A stretch of 64,000 nt of DNA from Candidatus Latescibacterota bacterium. Lineage in GTDB: Bacteria; Latescibacterota; UBA2968; UBA8231. Below the pieces are notes generated by a model. That model did no database searches. It saw only the letters and a program-made list of their open reading frames with translations, and was not told where the DNA came from. Shown here piece by piece: positions 19,096 through 29,090 of the stretch; position 1 is the first letter of the stretch, and each line of letters opens with the position of its first letter. Both the position numbers and the translations under genes were made by a program. The DNA lies in contig OZ241362.1 in assembly GCA_965200315.1 (NCBI GenBank), positions 3,584,001-3,648,000 on the forward strand, in the 5' to 3' direction.

Positions 19096-19767
19096 GTGCT
19101 AACGCAGGCTATTGAGGATTATCTCAAGGCGATTTACAAATTGCAGCACAGCGACGAGCACGGCGGGCGCGTCACCACCTCGGTGATTGCCAGCCGCATG
19201 GAAGTGGCCGCAGCCTCGGCGACGAACATGATCAAGAAGCTCGCCGAGCTGAATCTGCTCATGTACGCGCCATACCACGGAGTCGAGCTAACGGCCAGCG
19301 GTGAGAAGATCGCCTTGGAGACCATCCGCCATCACCGCTTGATCGAGCTGTATCTCAGCCAAGCGTTGGGCTATTCTTGGGATCAGATAGATGCCGAGGC
19401 CGACCGCCTAGAGCACGCTATTTCCGAAGAGTTTGAAGACCGCATCGACGAGGCCCTAGGCTATCCGACCGTCGGTGCCCACGGCGAGCCGATCCCCACC
19501 AAGCAAGGTCAGATCGACCACCCGAATTACCGCCGTCTCTCCGAGCTAAAAGACGGCCAATCCGCCATCATCCGCCGCGTCAGCGACCGCAATCCCCAGA
19601 TGCTGCGCTATATGGAAAATTTGCAATTGCTCTTGGGCACCTGGGTCGAAGTTACCGCCAAGGCGCCCTTTAACGGCCCGCTGCAATTGAAGATCGGTGC
19701 TGCCAAAGAGAAAGAAGTGTCGCTGGGGTTGGAAGTGGCCGGTAGTATCTTCGTCGAAGCCGATTAG
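19096..19767 (+). CDS. mntR: DtxR/MntR-family metal-dependent repressor with FeoA domain
   Basis: EDYLKAIY, RHHRLIELYL, EADRLEH, HGEPIP; divergent from the mnt operon. Confidence 0.92.
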   Translation: MLTQAIEDYLKAIYKLQHSDEHGGRVTTSVIASRMEVAAASATNMIKKLAELNLLMYAPYHGVELTASGEKIALETIRHHRLIELYLSQALGYSWDQIDAEADRLEHAISEEFEDRIDEALGYPTVGAHGEPIPTKQGQIDHPNYRRLSELKDGQSAIIRRVSDRNPQMLRYMENLQLLLGTWVEVTAKAPFNGPLQLKIGAAKEKEVSLGLEVAGSIFVEAD

Positions 19768-20417
19768 GAGCCTTCTCTATGGCTTCCGGTGTGCCCATTG
19801 GCGGACGCCAAGCGATGGAGCTTGCCCTCCGCCTCCAGCAGGGGGATTATTTGCTCAAAGTACTCGCAGAGCGCGTGTAGGCGGCCATTTTCGGTCGTCA
19901 TTTCCAGCAGTTGTTGCCTAATTTTTAAGTCGAGGCCCGTCATTTGGGCGATCTGAAAGGCGTTTTGCAGAGACCCTACTTCAGCACCCATACCAGTCAC
20001 TTCCTCAAGCTGCTCCACCAGCTTCTCTAGTGCCGCCACGGCCTTAGCCAAAAGCACTGGGTCCGTCGGTTCCTCAGCGTCATCTACGTACTCTACCCAC
20101 GCCTCTAAATAGGGCTTGTCCTCGGCGATATGCGCGATGCGAAAGCGCCGCCCGCCGCGGACGATGACGTTGAGTCGGCCATCGTCAAACTCGTTGAGCA
20201 CTTTGGCCAACAACATCGCGCAACCCACCTCGCCCTGCACCTCGCGGTCTTCCCCCAGAATCATGCCAATGGGCAAGATCTCACCGCGCTCGTCGGCCGT
20301 CCGCACATCGGCGAGCATCTGCTTGTAGCGCGGCTCAAATATGTGCAGGGGCACGATTTGGTCGGGGAAAACGACTATCGGCAGAGGAAAGAGTGGGATC
20401 GGATTGCAATCTAGCAT
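19764..20417 (-). CDS. Lon protease substrate-binding-domain-only protein
   Basis: IPLFPLPIVVFP..PLHIFEPRY, RQQLLE. Confidence 0.87.
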   Translation of the reverse strand: MLDCNPIPLFPLPIVVFPDQIVPLHIFEPRYKQMLADVRTADERGEILPIGMILGEDREVQGEVGCAMLLAKVLNEFDDGRLNVIVRGGRRFRIAHIAEDKPYLEAWVEYVDDAEEPTDPVLLAKAVAALEKLVEQLEEVTGMGAEVGSLQNAFQIAQMTGLDLKIRQQLLEMTTENGRLHALCEYFEQIIPLLEAEGKLHRLASANGHTGSHREGS

Positions 20418-20593
20418 GGGCGCGTCGTGTTGGGTTGGTTGATAAGAGCAAATTAAACCGCCGATACCAGCGAGGGCAAGCGGCGCGGTGGCCCCTGCTA
20501 GGCGTCTTCGATCTGCTGAGACGCAGTGGCGCGGTTGACATTGCCCTAGCGGCGCGACTCATTAAGGAATATCCTCAAGACCGGGACTTGGCT

Positions 20594-22180
20594 ATGGCGC
20601 GCCGCAAGAAAAACGTCCGCAGCGAGATAGAGCGAGCCGCAAACCGCAAAAACCTCCGCAGCCACATCCGCGCCCTCGGTCTCCAATCCGAGGACGAGTA
20701 CCGAGCTTGGTGTCGCAAGCGCGGTTTGGGCGACGGCCTCCACAAGAGCAATCGCCATATCCAAAAGGAGCGCCAGCTCGCACTGCGCCAGCAAGGCGAG
20801 GCCGTGCTCGCCCGCACCCGCCAGCGCACGCGCAGCCCGGCCAACACCATCCGCCAGCTCTACGATCGCACGCTCCCCAAGGGGCGGCTCGGTGCCGACT
20901 ACCTCTACAAGGTTCGCGGTCTCTTCAACGCCTTTCCCAGCGGCCCGGTGCGCCGCGCCTTGCTCGATCTTCTGCTCCAAGCCGTGCGCCGCGCCGACCT
21001 GTTGCGCCTCGACCCCGTCATCCCCGATTTTGGTGCCCATCCGCACAACAACTTCATCGACGGCCTAGCCGCCTTGGCCCGCCATTCAGAAGACTGGGTG
21101 CGCCCCGTGGCCGAGTGGGTGCCGCCGAGCCACAACCCTCGCAAGCAGTTTCACCACCTCGCCTGCCACCTGCTAGCCCGCTATGACGTGCCCGCTTTTA
21201 TGGACGCGGCCTTTTTCACCACGCAGATGCCAGAGGCCGATTTGCACCAGGCGTGGTTCAAACACATCGGCTCGGGGCAAAACATCCGCACCGCCGACCT
21301 GCCCGTCGCCTTGAGCAAGAAGTCGGCCCACTGCTTCCTCGCCGCCCCCAACGACCTCTCCATCGCCCACGCCCTGCGCTGGGGCCAAGTCTTAGGGCAA
21401 GGCGGCAGTCCGACGTTGGCGCGAGCGGTGATTGGCACCCGGCTGGGCCAGTCGTTTGAAAACGAGGACTTTTGGTCCACCGCGATCCTGTTTTTTGCCA
21501 ACAATCCCATGCTCGACCCAGCCCACATCGGCCCCATCGTCGATTTTATTTACAATCAGAAATACGTGCCGCAGCAAATCGTCCTGCCCGGCGGTCGCGT
21601 CGAGCAAGGGCCGCAGCCACAGCCAAACTTCTCGCTGAAGAGCCGCAGCGTTCCCAAGCTGTTGCGCCAAGTTGACGAGTGGCACGAAGCGCTGGCCCGC
21701 GAGGTGCTGCTACCCGATGCAGAGGCCGAGTTGGGCAGAGCTGGTGGCAAAAAGGGGCGCGTCCGGCACATGTCTTGGGGCGCTTCGAGTATCGGCGAGT
21801 TCGAGCAAAAGCAGGAGGACAAGCAACTCGGCGAGACCCTCACTTGGAGCGTAAAGGAGCTGCTCTCCAATCACGAACTGGGAGCCGAGGGCCGCGAAAT
21901 GGGCCACTGCGTCTATACCTACGCCAGGAGTTGCCGCAACGGCAGTACCTCGATCTGGTCCCTCGGCTTAGAGGACGGCAAAGGCCACCGCCACCGCGTC
22001 CTCACCATCGCCGTCGATCCGCGCAGCCGCACCATCACCCAAATCCGCGGCCGCTACAACGTGCTGCCCAACGCCAAAAACAAAAAGAACTTAGAGCGAG
22101 CCTATCAGAAACTGCTGCTCCGTTCTCAGAAGGTGCTCGGGCAGTGGATGAGCCGCGAATTTATCAGCAAGCGCTGCTGA
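20594..22180 (+). CDS. PcfJ domain-containing protein
   Basis: EGREMGHCVYTY..SIWSL..LTIAV..QIRGRYN C-terminal motif. Confidence 0.8.
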   Translation: MARRKKNVRSEIERAANRKNLRSHIRALGLQSEDEYRAWCRKRGLGDGLHKSNRHIQKERQLALRQQGEAVLARTRQRTRSPANTIRQLYDRTLPKGRLGADYLYKVRGLFNAFPSGPVRRALLDLLLQAVRRADLLRLDPVIPDFGAHPHNNFIDGLAALARHSEDWVRPVAEWVPPSHNPRKQFHHLACHLLARYDVPAFMDAAFFTTQMPEADLHQAWFKHIGSGQNIRTADLPVALSKKSAHCFLAAPNDLSIAHALRWGQVLGQGGSPTLARAVIGTRLGQSFENEDFWSTAILFFANNPMLDPAHIGPIVDFIYNQKYVPQQIVLPGGRVEQGPQPQPNFSLKSRSVPKLLRQVDEWHEALAREVLLPDAEAELGRAGGKKGRVRHMSWGASSIGEFEQKQEDKQLGETLTWSVKELLSNHELGAEGREMGHCVYTYARSCRNGSTSIWSLGLEDGKGHRHRVLTIAVDPRSRTITQIRGRYNVLPNAKNKKNLERAYQKLLLRSQKVLGQWMSREFISKRC

Positions 22181-22181
22181 T

Positions 22182-23105
22182 TCAATCCCGCAAGACGGCC
22201 AACGCCTCGGCGACCTCCTGCCCTTTGGCTTCGATAATGTCCATTAGCTCTTCGGGTGTGCGCGTATCCACGACCGGCTTTTTATGAGGATTGACGGCCT
22301 TGAGGTCGTACACCGCATCTTCGATCCGCTTGGCGTCGTTGGCCAGTGCCCTTGCTTCAGCTTTCAACGTCTTGACCTTCGCTTCCGCCTCCTCAATAGC
22401 CTGCTCGTCGCGCGGCTTGGCTTTCTTGAGTTCCCTAAACTGCGCCTTCCACTGAGCCTCCACTTACTCTCCTTGCCGCCAAACGGGGGATTGGTCAGGA
22501 TCACGTCAAAAGCCGGTGGCGCATTGTCGAACAAGCCTCCGTAAATTTCCTGCCCGGTCAAGGTATTGCCGTGCCACAGGCTGGGATCGTCGATGCCATG
22601 CAATACCAGATTGGCCAAAGCGATGGGATAGATGAGGTTTTCCTTTTCCCGGCCATAGAATGTCCGCTGCTTGAGGATGGTCAATTGCTCAGCGGTAGCG
22701 TCGTCCCCCATCCGCTCCCCAATGTGCTCAAAACTCTGGGGCAGAAAGCCGCCGGTGCCGCAGCCGGGGTCGTACACGGTCTCGCCAACGCACGGGTCTA
22801 TCACCTGTACCATCGCTTTGATTACTTGGCGCGGCGTGAAGAACTGCCCGCCGTCGTTGCCCTTCTCGCCCATCTTGAGCAGCAATCCTTCGTAGACCTG
22901 CGAGAGCGCGAAGACATGCGTCGGATCGACTGCCTCGTTAGAGAACTGATGCACTTTATCGAGTACGTCGAGGAAGTTGCGCTCGGTGTCGATTCGGACC
23001 CGCTCGACACCGGTCATAATCTCACTGATGACCTTTTGCCGCGGGGTGGCGTCGGGCACTTCCTTGAGCGCCTTCAGATGCGGCAGTAAGATTCCGTTGA
23101 TGAGT
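22182..23105 (-). pseudogene. hsdM: Type I RM methyltransferase remnant (5'-truncated, internal deletion/frameshift after NPPF)
   Basis: GQFFTPR, DPGCGTGGF, NPPFGGKE, then a jump to the C-terminal ..YDLKAVNP..RTPEEL in another frame. Confidence 0.85.
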
Positions 23106-23144
23106 GCCAGAGGAGATCTTTCGGCGTAAGGAGAAATTTGCAAA

Positions 23145-23336
23145 ATGAACGGTATTACCGCACACTTAGGACAGTTGGACGGATTCATCACCGATGCTCC
23201 TCGTGGCTGGCGCGTCCATCGGCTTTCAGGTGATCGGCAGGGCGAATGGAGCGTTTCGGTATCCGGCAATTGGCGGATCACGTTTGCAGAAGAGAACGGC
23301 TATATCGATCACGTAAACCTGGAGGACTATCACTAA
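23145..23336 (+). pseudogene. higB: HigB/RelE toxin, C-terminal half only
   Basis: RVHRLSGDRQGEWSVSVSGNWRITF..LEDYH*; the HigB N-terminus is absent. Confidence 0.75.
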
Positions 23337-23641
23337 TGGCTACCGACCCCATCAAGATAAACATGACCCCTTCGCATCCGGGCGACTTCATTCGCACGGA
23401 GGTCATCGAGGAGTTGAGTCTGAGTGTGACAAGGGCAGCCGAGATTTTGGGAGTTCGGCGGGCAACGCTTTCGGACCTGCTGAACGGCAACGCCGCGCTA
23501 TCGCCGGAGATGGCACTGCGCATTGAGAAAGCATTCGGCGTGGGAATGGACATGCTGCTGAGGATGCAGGCTTGGTATGATGCCTCGCAGATGCGCACCC
23601 GTGCAAGCGAGATCAGCATCCGGCGCTATGAACCTGTCTGA
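23336..23641 (+). CDS. higA: HigA antitoxin
   Basis: PSHPGDFIR, LSPEMALRIEKAFG, MQAWYD; TAATG coupling. Confidence 0.92.
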   Translation: MATDPIKINMTPSHPGDFIRTEVIEELSLSVTRAAEILGVRRATLSDLLNGNAALSPEMALRIEKAFGVGMDMLLRMQAWYDASQMRTRASEISIRRYEPV

Positions 23642-23675
23642 CCAATGTGGGCAACAAATTAAAAAAGGGGCAGAT

Positions 23676-24092
23676 ATGCCAAGACTCAAGACGTATGATC
23701 TATTTCTGAGCCATGTATGGCGTAGTGCCGAAAATTCCGAATACTACCGCCTTGAGAATCTTCTCTACGAAGCACCGTACTTCTATTGGCGCAATTACTC
23801 AGTTCCAGAGCACGATCCACTGGGAACAAAGACAGATAATGAACTACGTCAAGCACTTGACCGACAAATTGCCCCAGTAAACTGCTTTCTTGTGGTTTCT
23901 GGCATGTACGTGAATCATAGAAAGTGGATTCAGGAAGAGATCAACATCGCCATAGACTACGATAAACCGATTGTTGGCGTTAAGCCTTGGGGTCAAGAAC
24001 GTGTACCGATTGAGGTGCAAAATGCTGTAAAGGAAATGGTTGGTTGGCAAACGAGTAGCATCGTAGATGCTATTCGGAGATGGTCTTTGTAG
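23676..24092 (+). CDS. ThsB-like (MTH538/DUF1863-type) TIR domain protein
   Basis: YDLFLSHVW, NYSVP..DP, SGMYVNHRKWIQEEI, KPIVGVKPWG, VGW..SIVDAI. Confidence 0.82.
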   Translation: MPRLKTYDLFLSHVWRSAENSEYYRLENLLYEAPYFYWRNYSVPEHDPLGTKTDNELRQALDRQIAPVNCFLVVSGMYVNHRKWIQEEINIAIDYDKPIVGVKPWGQERVPIEVQNAVKEMVGWQTSSIVDAIRRWSL

Positions 24093-24155
24093 CTAAAAAC
24101 TTGAAAAACCTACGACAGCCCTTGCTACATCATAAGTCGAAAAGGCGGGAAAGAG

Positions 24156-24650
24156 ATGAGCAAAGACAACCTGAATTTGCTGCGCCAGAGTAAAGATGAC
24201 TACGGCACTGAATTTGAGAATCACCTTTTTGACCAGTATAAGCTATATGTCGAAATGGCTGATCGAATCAGTGCACGGCGAATGCTCGCAAACTCGTTTT
24301 TCGTCGGTGTGCATACGACCCTGACTATCGCCTTTACTGTGCTGCTCAAAGAGAAGGTGCTACAGCCTCCCTCGCTTATCTTTGTGCCTTTTGTCTCCTC
24401 GATACTTCTCTGTTATGTGTGGTGGCGCGTCGTGTGTTCGTATCGGCAGCTAAACACGGGTAAGTACAAGGTAGTCCTAGCACTTGAGCAAATGCTACCT
24501 GTTGCTCCGTATGATGCCGAATGGATAGCCTTTGGCGAAGGGAAGGATAGAAAGCTATACCGGCCGCTTACAGATGTAGAAAAGTGGGTGCCGGCATGCT
24601 TTGGTTTGTTGTATGTCTTGTTGGCCGGTATGTTTTACTTCAAGGGATAG
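24156..24650 (+). CDS. Small integral membrane protein (3 hydrophobic segments), putative pore-forming effector
   Basis: QYKLYVEMADRISARRMLANSFF helix followed by TM segments, SYRQLNTGKY..LE, EW, VEKWVP..F. Confidence 0.65.
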   Translation: MSKDNLNLLRQSKDDYGTEFENHLFDQYKLYVEMADRISARRMLANSFFVGVHTTLTIAFTVLLKEKVLQPPSLIFVPFVSSILLCYVWWRVVCSYRQLNTGKYKVVLALEQMLPVAPYDAEWIAFGEGKDRKLYRPLTDVEKWVPACFGLLYVLLAGMFYFKG

Positions 24651-24718
24651 CAAGATGTCGCCAACGGACGGCTGTGAACCTACACTGCTCGCAGCAGACA
24701 CGAAAGGATAGCTGGATT

Positions 24719-25165
24719 ATGAAAGTTTTTATCAGCCATGCCTATACAGATGAGCCGCTTGTCAAGAAAATTGTGGCTAGCCTAGAGGAAGTTGGTCTCG
24801 AAGTATGGGATGCCACCCGCGACGTCCTCCATGAGGCCAATTGGGCCGACGAAGTGGCGCGGGCGTTGGAAGAGTCAAAAGCCATGGTGGTCCTCCTGAC
24901 CGCCGACGCTCTACGTTCAAGTTGGGTACGTCGGGAGATCGAGTATGCTCTTGGCGAACAAAACTATCGCGAACGTCTGATTCCCGTCCTTGCAAGCGAC
25001 CTAGGGGAGCTGAAGAAAGAAGATATTCCATGGATTCTTCGGCGCTTACATATAATTGATATGGGTGAATACGCCAAGGAAGAAGAAGGAATTAGTCAGA
25101 TTGCACAGACACTTCTAGAAAATGATGTCACAAGCTCTCCGCCTCCATCTGCATCAATTGCTTGA
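24719..25165 (+). CDS. TIR_2 domain protein
   Basis: MKVFISHA, VW, AMVVLLT..SSWVRREIEYAL, LIPV. Confidence 0.85.
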   Translation: MKVFISHAYTDEPLVKKIVASLEEVGLEVWDATRDVLHEANWADEVARALEESKAMVVLLTADALRSSWVRREIEYALGEQNYRERLIPVLASDLGELKKEDIPWILRRLHIIDMGEYAKEEEGISQIAQTLLENDVTSSPPPSASIA

Positions 25166-25168
25166 ATT

Positions 25169-25582
25169 ATGTTGCCAAAGGAAATTTTTCTTTCACATTC
25201 TGACCAAGATCGGCAATTTGTGGAAAGGTTGGTCTCCGTAATGAGGCGGCATGGACTTCCCATCTGGTACAGTCGAACTGATGTACTTGGAGGACAACAA
25301 TGGCATGACGAAATTGGGGAGGCACTTCGGCGCTGCGATTGGTTTGTGCTTGTCTTATCGCCGAGTTCCTTGGAATCCATGTGGGTAAAAAGAGAGATAT
25401 ACTTTGCTCTTAACCAGAACCGCTTTGAAAACAAGATTGTTCCTCTTTTGTACCAACACTGTGCCTACGAGCGACTTTCTTGGACGCTGCACTCCTTTCA
25501 GATGATTGATTTTACACAATCTTTTGAACAGGGGTGTCGCGCCCTCCTACGTGTGTGGGGTTTGGGATACCAAGCAGCGTAA
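25169..25582 (+). CDS. TIR_2 domain protein
   Basis: IFLSHSDQD, WHDEIGEAL, FVLVLSPSSLESMWVKREI, IVPLL, IDF. Confidence 0.87.
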   Translation: MLPKEIFLSHSDQDRQFVERLVSVMRRHGLPIWYSRTDVLGGQQWHDEIGEALRRCDWFVLVLSPSSLESMWVKREIYFALNQNRFENKIVPLLYQHCAYERLSWTLHSFQMIDFTQSFEQGCRALLRVWGLGYQAA

Positions 25583-25609
25583 TCTCCCAGTTTGATGAGA
25601 ACTTATTCA

Positions 25610-26080
25610 TCACACCTTCCCCGCAAAAGCCTCCCGCAACAGAGCCGACGGCATAGCGTCAATAGCGTCCAACTTTTCTTCCGCTGCCGCTCGCGCCTTC
25701 TCCACTGCTGCCATCTGCTTTTTGAGAATTGCCGCAATTCGCCGCTGCTCTGCAAGCGGCGGGAGAGGAATTTTGCGTTTGAAGAGGTATTCTTGAGGTA
25801 ACCTTTGTTGTCCTACTGAACCAGTGAAATGTTCTGTTGCTTCTAGAAGAACGCTGGGTTGCCGAACGAAGAAGTGTATCCATTCGGCGATTATGTGCTC
25901 GCTTGGGCGGAGAACATGAAACTCCGTCGTGCCAAATCCAATACCATCTAATAAGTCTCGCGCTATCGCGTGTTTTCCGTTCTGCATACAAGGGGTAATT
26001 TTTGCGAAAAGAACATCCCCTTCAACGAAATACGTGTATCCTCTTTTGATCTCACCAAACGGGCGTATGTGTAACTTCGC
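25610..26080 (-). pseudogene. hsdS: Type I RM specificity subunit, C-terminal half only
   Basis: GDVLFAKITPCMQNGK, GSVGQQR, IPLPPLAEQRRIAAIL, LLREAFAGKV*. Confidence 0.85.
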
Positions 26081-26084
26081 AGCT

Positions 26085-26714
26085 CCCAACGGTGATATAC
26101 ACGTCGAAGCCCTCGACGCGAATGATGGTAGGCCCATCGCCGCCTTCGCCGCTGCTGGTGCGCGTTGGACGGCTGGTAAAGTCCTCGCTGAACAGGCGGG
26201 TGGCGTCGGTGTAGTCATAAACGCGGAACATCAGCTTATTGGTCGGTTCATCTATGCGTGTCCCTCGACCTGCTCGCGAGGTATGGGCAAGCCTGTGATA
26301 GCATCTATCGGGTTGCGCTTCATAATGTCGTCTATGGTAAGGCCGGTGTCGTCGAGGTTGACGCGCCCCTTTTGGATTTCGCAGGCGGCCAGATAGCCGT
26401 CCTCAATGCCTTGAACGCTCCATGACGGCGCGAATGGCGGCGTCCTGATAGTAGCGGCGGGTGCCTTCGCCGCCTGAGTAGGGCTGCAATAGAGGGCGAG
26501 CGGCGGGTGATTCGAGGGCAAAACCGATGCCTTGTTCGTACCGGGTACGTAACTCAATCTGGCCGCGCTTGCGACGACCACTGACAGGCTCAACGGCCCC
26601 AGCAGTCTCCTCGCGTCGGATGTGGTCTTCTGTCCAGCCGCGCTTGTGAATGGCCGGATCGATGAGCTTGGCTCTGGTATCGGCTTCGCTGAAGTTCATT
26701 TGTGCCGCGTCCAT
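26085..26714 (-). pseudogene. hsdR: Type I RM restriction subunit eroded by multiple internal deletions
   Basis: Fragments in different frames: SEADTRAKLIDP..GW, RYYQDAAIRAV, QGIEDGYLA, GTRIDEPTNKLMFRVYDYTDATRLF. Confidence 0.8.
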
Positions 26715-26735
26715 TCTGCGCTATCTTGCTCTCGC

Positions 26736-27038
26736 ATGGAAAACACATACTTCGTCCCGACCGACGCCGAGCACATCGCTCGCGAGAAGAACAAGGCCAA
26801 AATGCTGCGCCGCTCCGAGTGGTGGAAGCGCAGACGGGCCGCTGGCCAGTGCCACTACTGCCAGCAGTCGTTTGCCTCCGAGGAACTGACCATGGATCAC
26901 GTGGTGCCCCTCATCCGCGGCGGCCGCACCACCAAATCCAACGTGGTCCCTTGCTGCAAGCACTGCAACAGCCAAAAGCAGCACCGGCTCCCCATCGAAT
27001 GGGCGGCCTATCTAGCGCGGCTGCGCGACGAAAGCTAA
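26736..27038 (+). CDS. Small HNH endonuclease
   Basis: CHYC, TMDHVVPL.RGG, NVVPCCKHCNSQK. Confidence 0.9.
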   Translation: MENTYFVPTDAEHIAREKNKAKMLRRSEWWKRRRAAGQCHYCQQSFASEELTMDHVVPLIRGGRTTKSNVVPCCKHCNSQKQHRLPIEWAAYLARLRDES

Positions 27039-27041
27039 AAG

Positions 27042-27983
27042 CTAGTGATAGTCCACAATGTCAGCTATAGCCGCGGCCACTTCCGCGGCCACTTCCGCCG
27101 GCACTCGCGGATTGAACGGGCCACCCTCGCCGCCATCCACATCGCTGAACCCCCCCAAGTGCATGGTCTCGACCACGGCTGAATAGTTGTACATGCGGCC
27201 ATCGCGGAAGCGAATTCCCTCTAGAGCCGCAAGCTTGTCTTCAATCTGCTGCGACGTCGCAAAATCGCCCCGGCGCTGGGCGTTGTTGAGCTCGTCTGAG
27301 GCGCGAGCAAAGGCCACGTTAATTCCCGACGTATGCCCTTTGGTGCCGCGCTCGGCCGGCCCAGTCGAACGATCTCCCACACCCCAAATCACCAGCGCAG
27401 CCCCTTCTTCCACACCCGCGACAATCGGCTCAACATCCTCGACCGTGGTGCCGATCTTAAGCCCGACGAAGTGCTCGGACTCGTTCATCAGCCGCACGGC
27501 TATGTCGCGCTCGGCTTGGTTGCGCAGGTAGTAGAGCAACTTGGCTCCGCATGAACGCCCCAGCCGCTCGGCGAGGTCGAGGTGATAGGCAAAAATGCCC
27601 TCTGGACTGGCCACGCCGGTAAGCGGCATGACGAGATAGACATCCGGGGGATATTCGAGCGCGGCCTCTCGCTCGATCAACCGCTCGGCATCCCCCACCG
27701 GATTGGGGGCAATCCCGGCCATCAGCACCCCGCGCCGCCCCATCTGCTCGCCGGTAAAGCCCAACAGCCGCACTTGCTCGTCCGCGCTAATGTGGTGGAT
27801 CAAGCTGGTCCCGGCGATGCCAATCACCCGGGGCCGGCCGCCCTCTAGGTGATTTTTTTCCATCAAGTAGTTGATGTTCTTGGCGTGGGCGTCGTAGTCG
27901 ATTTGTCCGCCGCGAAAAGGGACCACCGGGATGGAGGTAACCGAGTTTAGTGCGGCGAGTAGGTCTTCTTTTTGCAATGGCAT
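27042..27983 (-). CDS. Divergent DHDPS/NAL-family TIM-barrel lyase
   Basis: IPVVPF..IDY, degenerate AGTS loop, YYLR, GLKIG (Schiff-base Lys). Confidence 0.65.
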   Translation of the reverse strand: MPLQKEDLLAALNSVTSIPVVPFRGGQIDYDAHAKNINYLMEKNHLEGGRPRVIGIAGTSLIHHISADEQVRLLGFTGEQMGRRGVLMAGIAPNPVGDAERLIEREAALEYPPDVYLVMPLTGVASPEGIFAYHLDLAERLGRSCGAKLLYYLRNQAERDIAVRLMNESEHFVGLKIGTTVEDVEPIVAGVEEGAALVIWGVGDRSTGPAERGTKGHTSGINVAFARASDELNNAQRRGDFATSQQIEDKLAALEGIRFRDGRMYNYSAVVETMHLGGFSDVDGGEGGPFNPRVPAEVAAEVAAAIADIVDYH

Positions 27984-28016
27984 ATTTAACCTCAACTGTG
28001 TTAGGTGGTGATGAAT

Positions 28017-29090
28017 TCAACGCTCGGGCGCGAAGCGGCGCATGTCGCGCCCCGGAGTTCCCGCGGCGATCCAGCGGGCGATGATTTGGCCGGTGATCGG
28101 GCCTAGCAAGACGCCGTTTTTGTAGTGCCCAGAGGCCACGAAAACCCGCGGCGCATCCGTCAGCGGGCCGATGAGCGGACGCCCACCTCGGGGCTTGGGC
28201 CGCAGACCGGCCTGCTGGCGCGACAGCGGCAAAGATATTCCCAGCGCGGAGCGCACCTCCGTGGCGAACTCCGCCGCGGCCGCACGGGTTGTTTCCAGCC
28301 GAAAGCCGACCTCCTCCACCGTCGATCCCACGATCATTTCACCGCCGTCTGGAATGAAGTGGCGTCCGTTTATCCTCACTAGGTGGCGCAGCGGAGCACC
28401 GACAAAACGGGCTTGTTGGCCCCGCACCGGGCGCAGCGCAATTGGGGCACCGAGCTGCGCTGCCAAGCCGCCAGTCCACGCGCCAGACGCCAAGACCGCA
28501 AAGTCGGCGCGGTGGGTCCCGCGAGTAGTCGCGATCTCCACGGCCTCGCCCTCTTGGGCAATGCGCCAGACGCGCTCGCCCCAAGCGGCGGATGCGCCCT
28601 GCCGTACGGCCGCCGCCCAAAGTGCCGCGCCCAACTTGAAGGGGTCCACCCGGTGATCGTCGGCAAAATACAGCCCCTCGCCGCCGTCCAACCCCGGCTC
28701 CGCATTGCGCAAGGCCCGCTCGTCGAGCCGCTCGACCCGACAGCCGCGCTCGCGGTTGAAGCACCATACCTCCTCTAGCTGGGATGCGTCGGCAAAAAGT
28801 TCGATGCCGCCAAGGGGACGCCAGCCCACGTCTGCTCCTAGGTCTTCGGCTAGGTCGCGGGCCAGCCGAGTGTGCAAAGCGTGGCCGTCGCGGAAAAGCT
28901 GGGCGTAGGGATTGTCGCCGCCGTTGCAGTGAGTGAGGACGCCCAAAGAGGCCCGGCTCGTAGGCGAGCCTGCGGGGATGCCCTCGTCGAGCAGGACGAC
29001 CTTTGCGCCTTGCCGGGCGAGGAAATAGGCGGTCGAGCGGCCAATGATACCGGCCCCGACCACCAACACGCACGCGCCCGTCAGGGCCAT
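28017..29090 (-). CDS. FAD-dependent glycine/D-amino-acid oxidase (ThiO/DadA-like)
   Basis: GAGIIG, PVRGQ, GSTVE, AGLRP, GHYKNGVLLGP. Confidence 0.85.
   Translation of the reverse strand: MALTGACVLVVGAGIIGRSTAYFLARQGAKVVLLDEGIPAGSPTSRASLGVLTHCNGGDNPYAQLFRDGHALHTRLARDLAEDLGADVGWRPLGGIELFADASQLEEVWCFNRERGCRVERLDERALRNAEPGLDGGEGLYFADDHRVDPFKLGAALWAAAVRQGASAAWGERVWRIAQEGEAVEIATTRGTHRADFAVLASGAWTGGLAAQLGAPIALRPVRGQQARFVGAPLRHLVRINGRHFIPDGGEMIVGSTVEEVGFRLETTRAAAAEFATEVRSALGISLPLSRQQAGLRPKPRGGRPLIGPLTDAPRVFVASGHYKNGVLLGPITGQIIARWIAAGTPGRDMRRFAPER

Noticed and set aside
26736-27038. HNH nuclease as part of the TIR/RM defence island
   Set aside because: Host-like GC and codon use, outside the low-GC block; looks like a widespread stand-alone HNH
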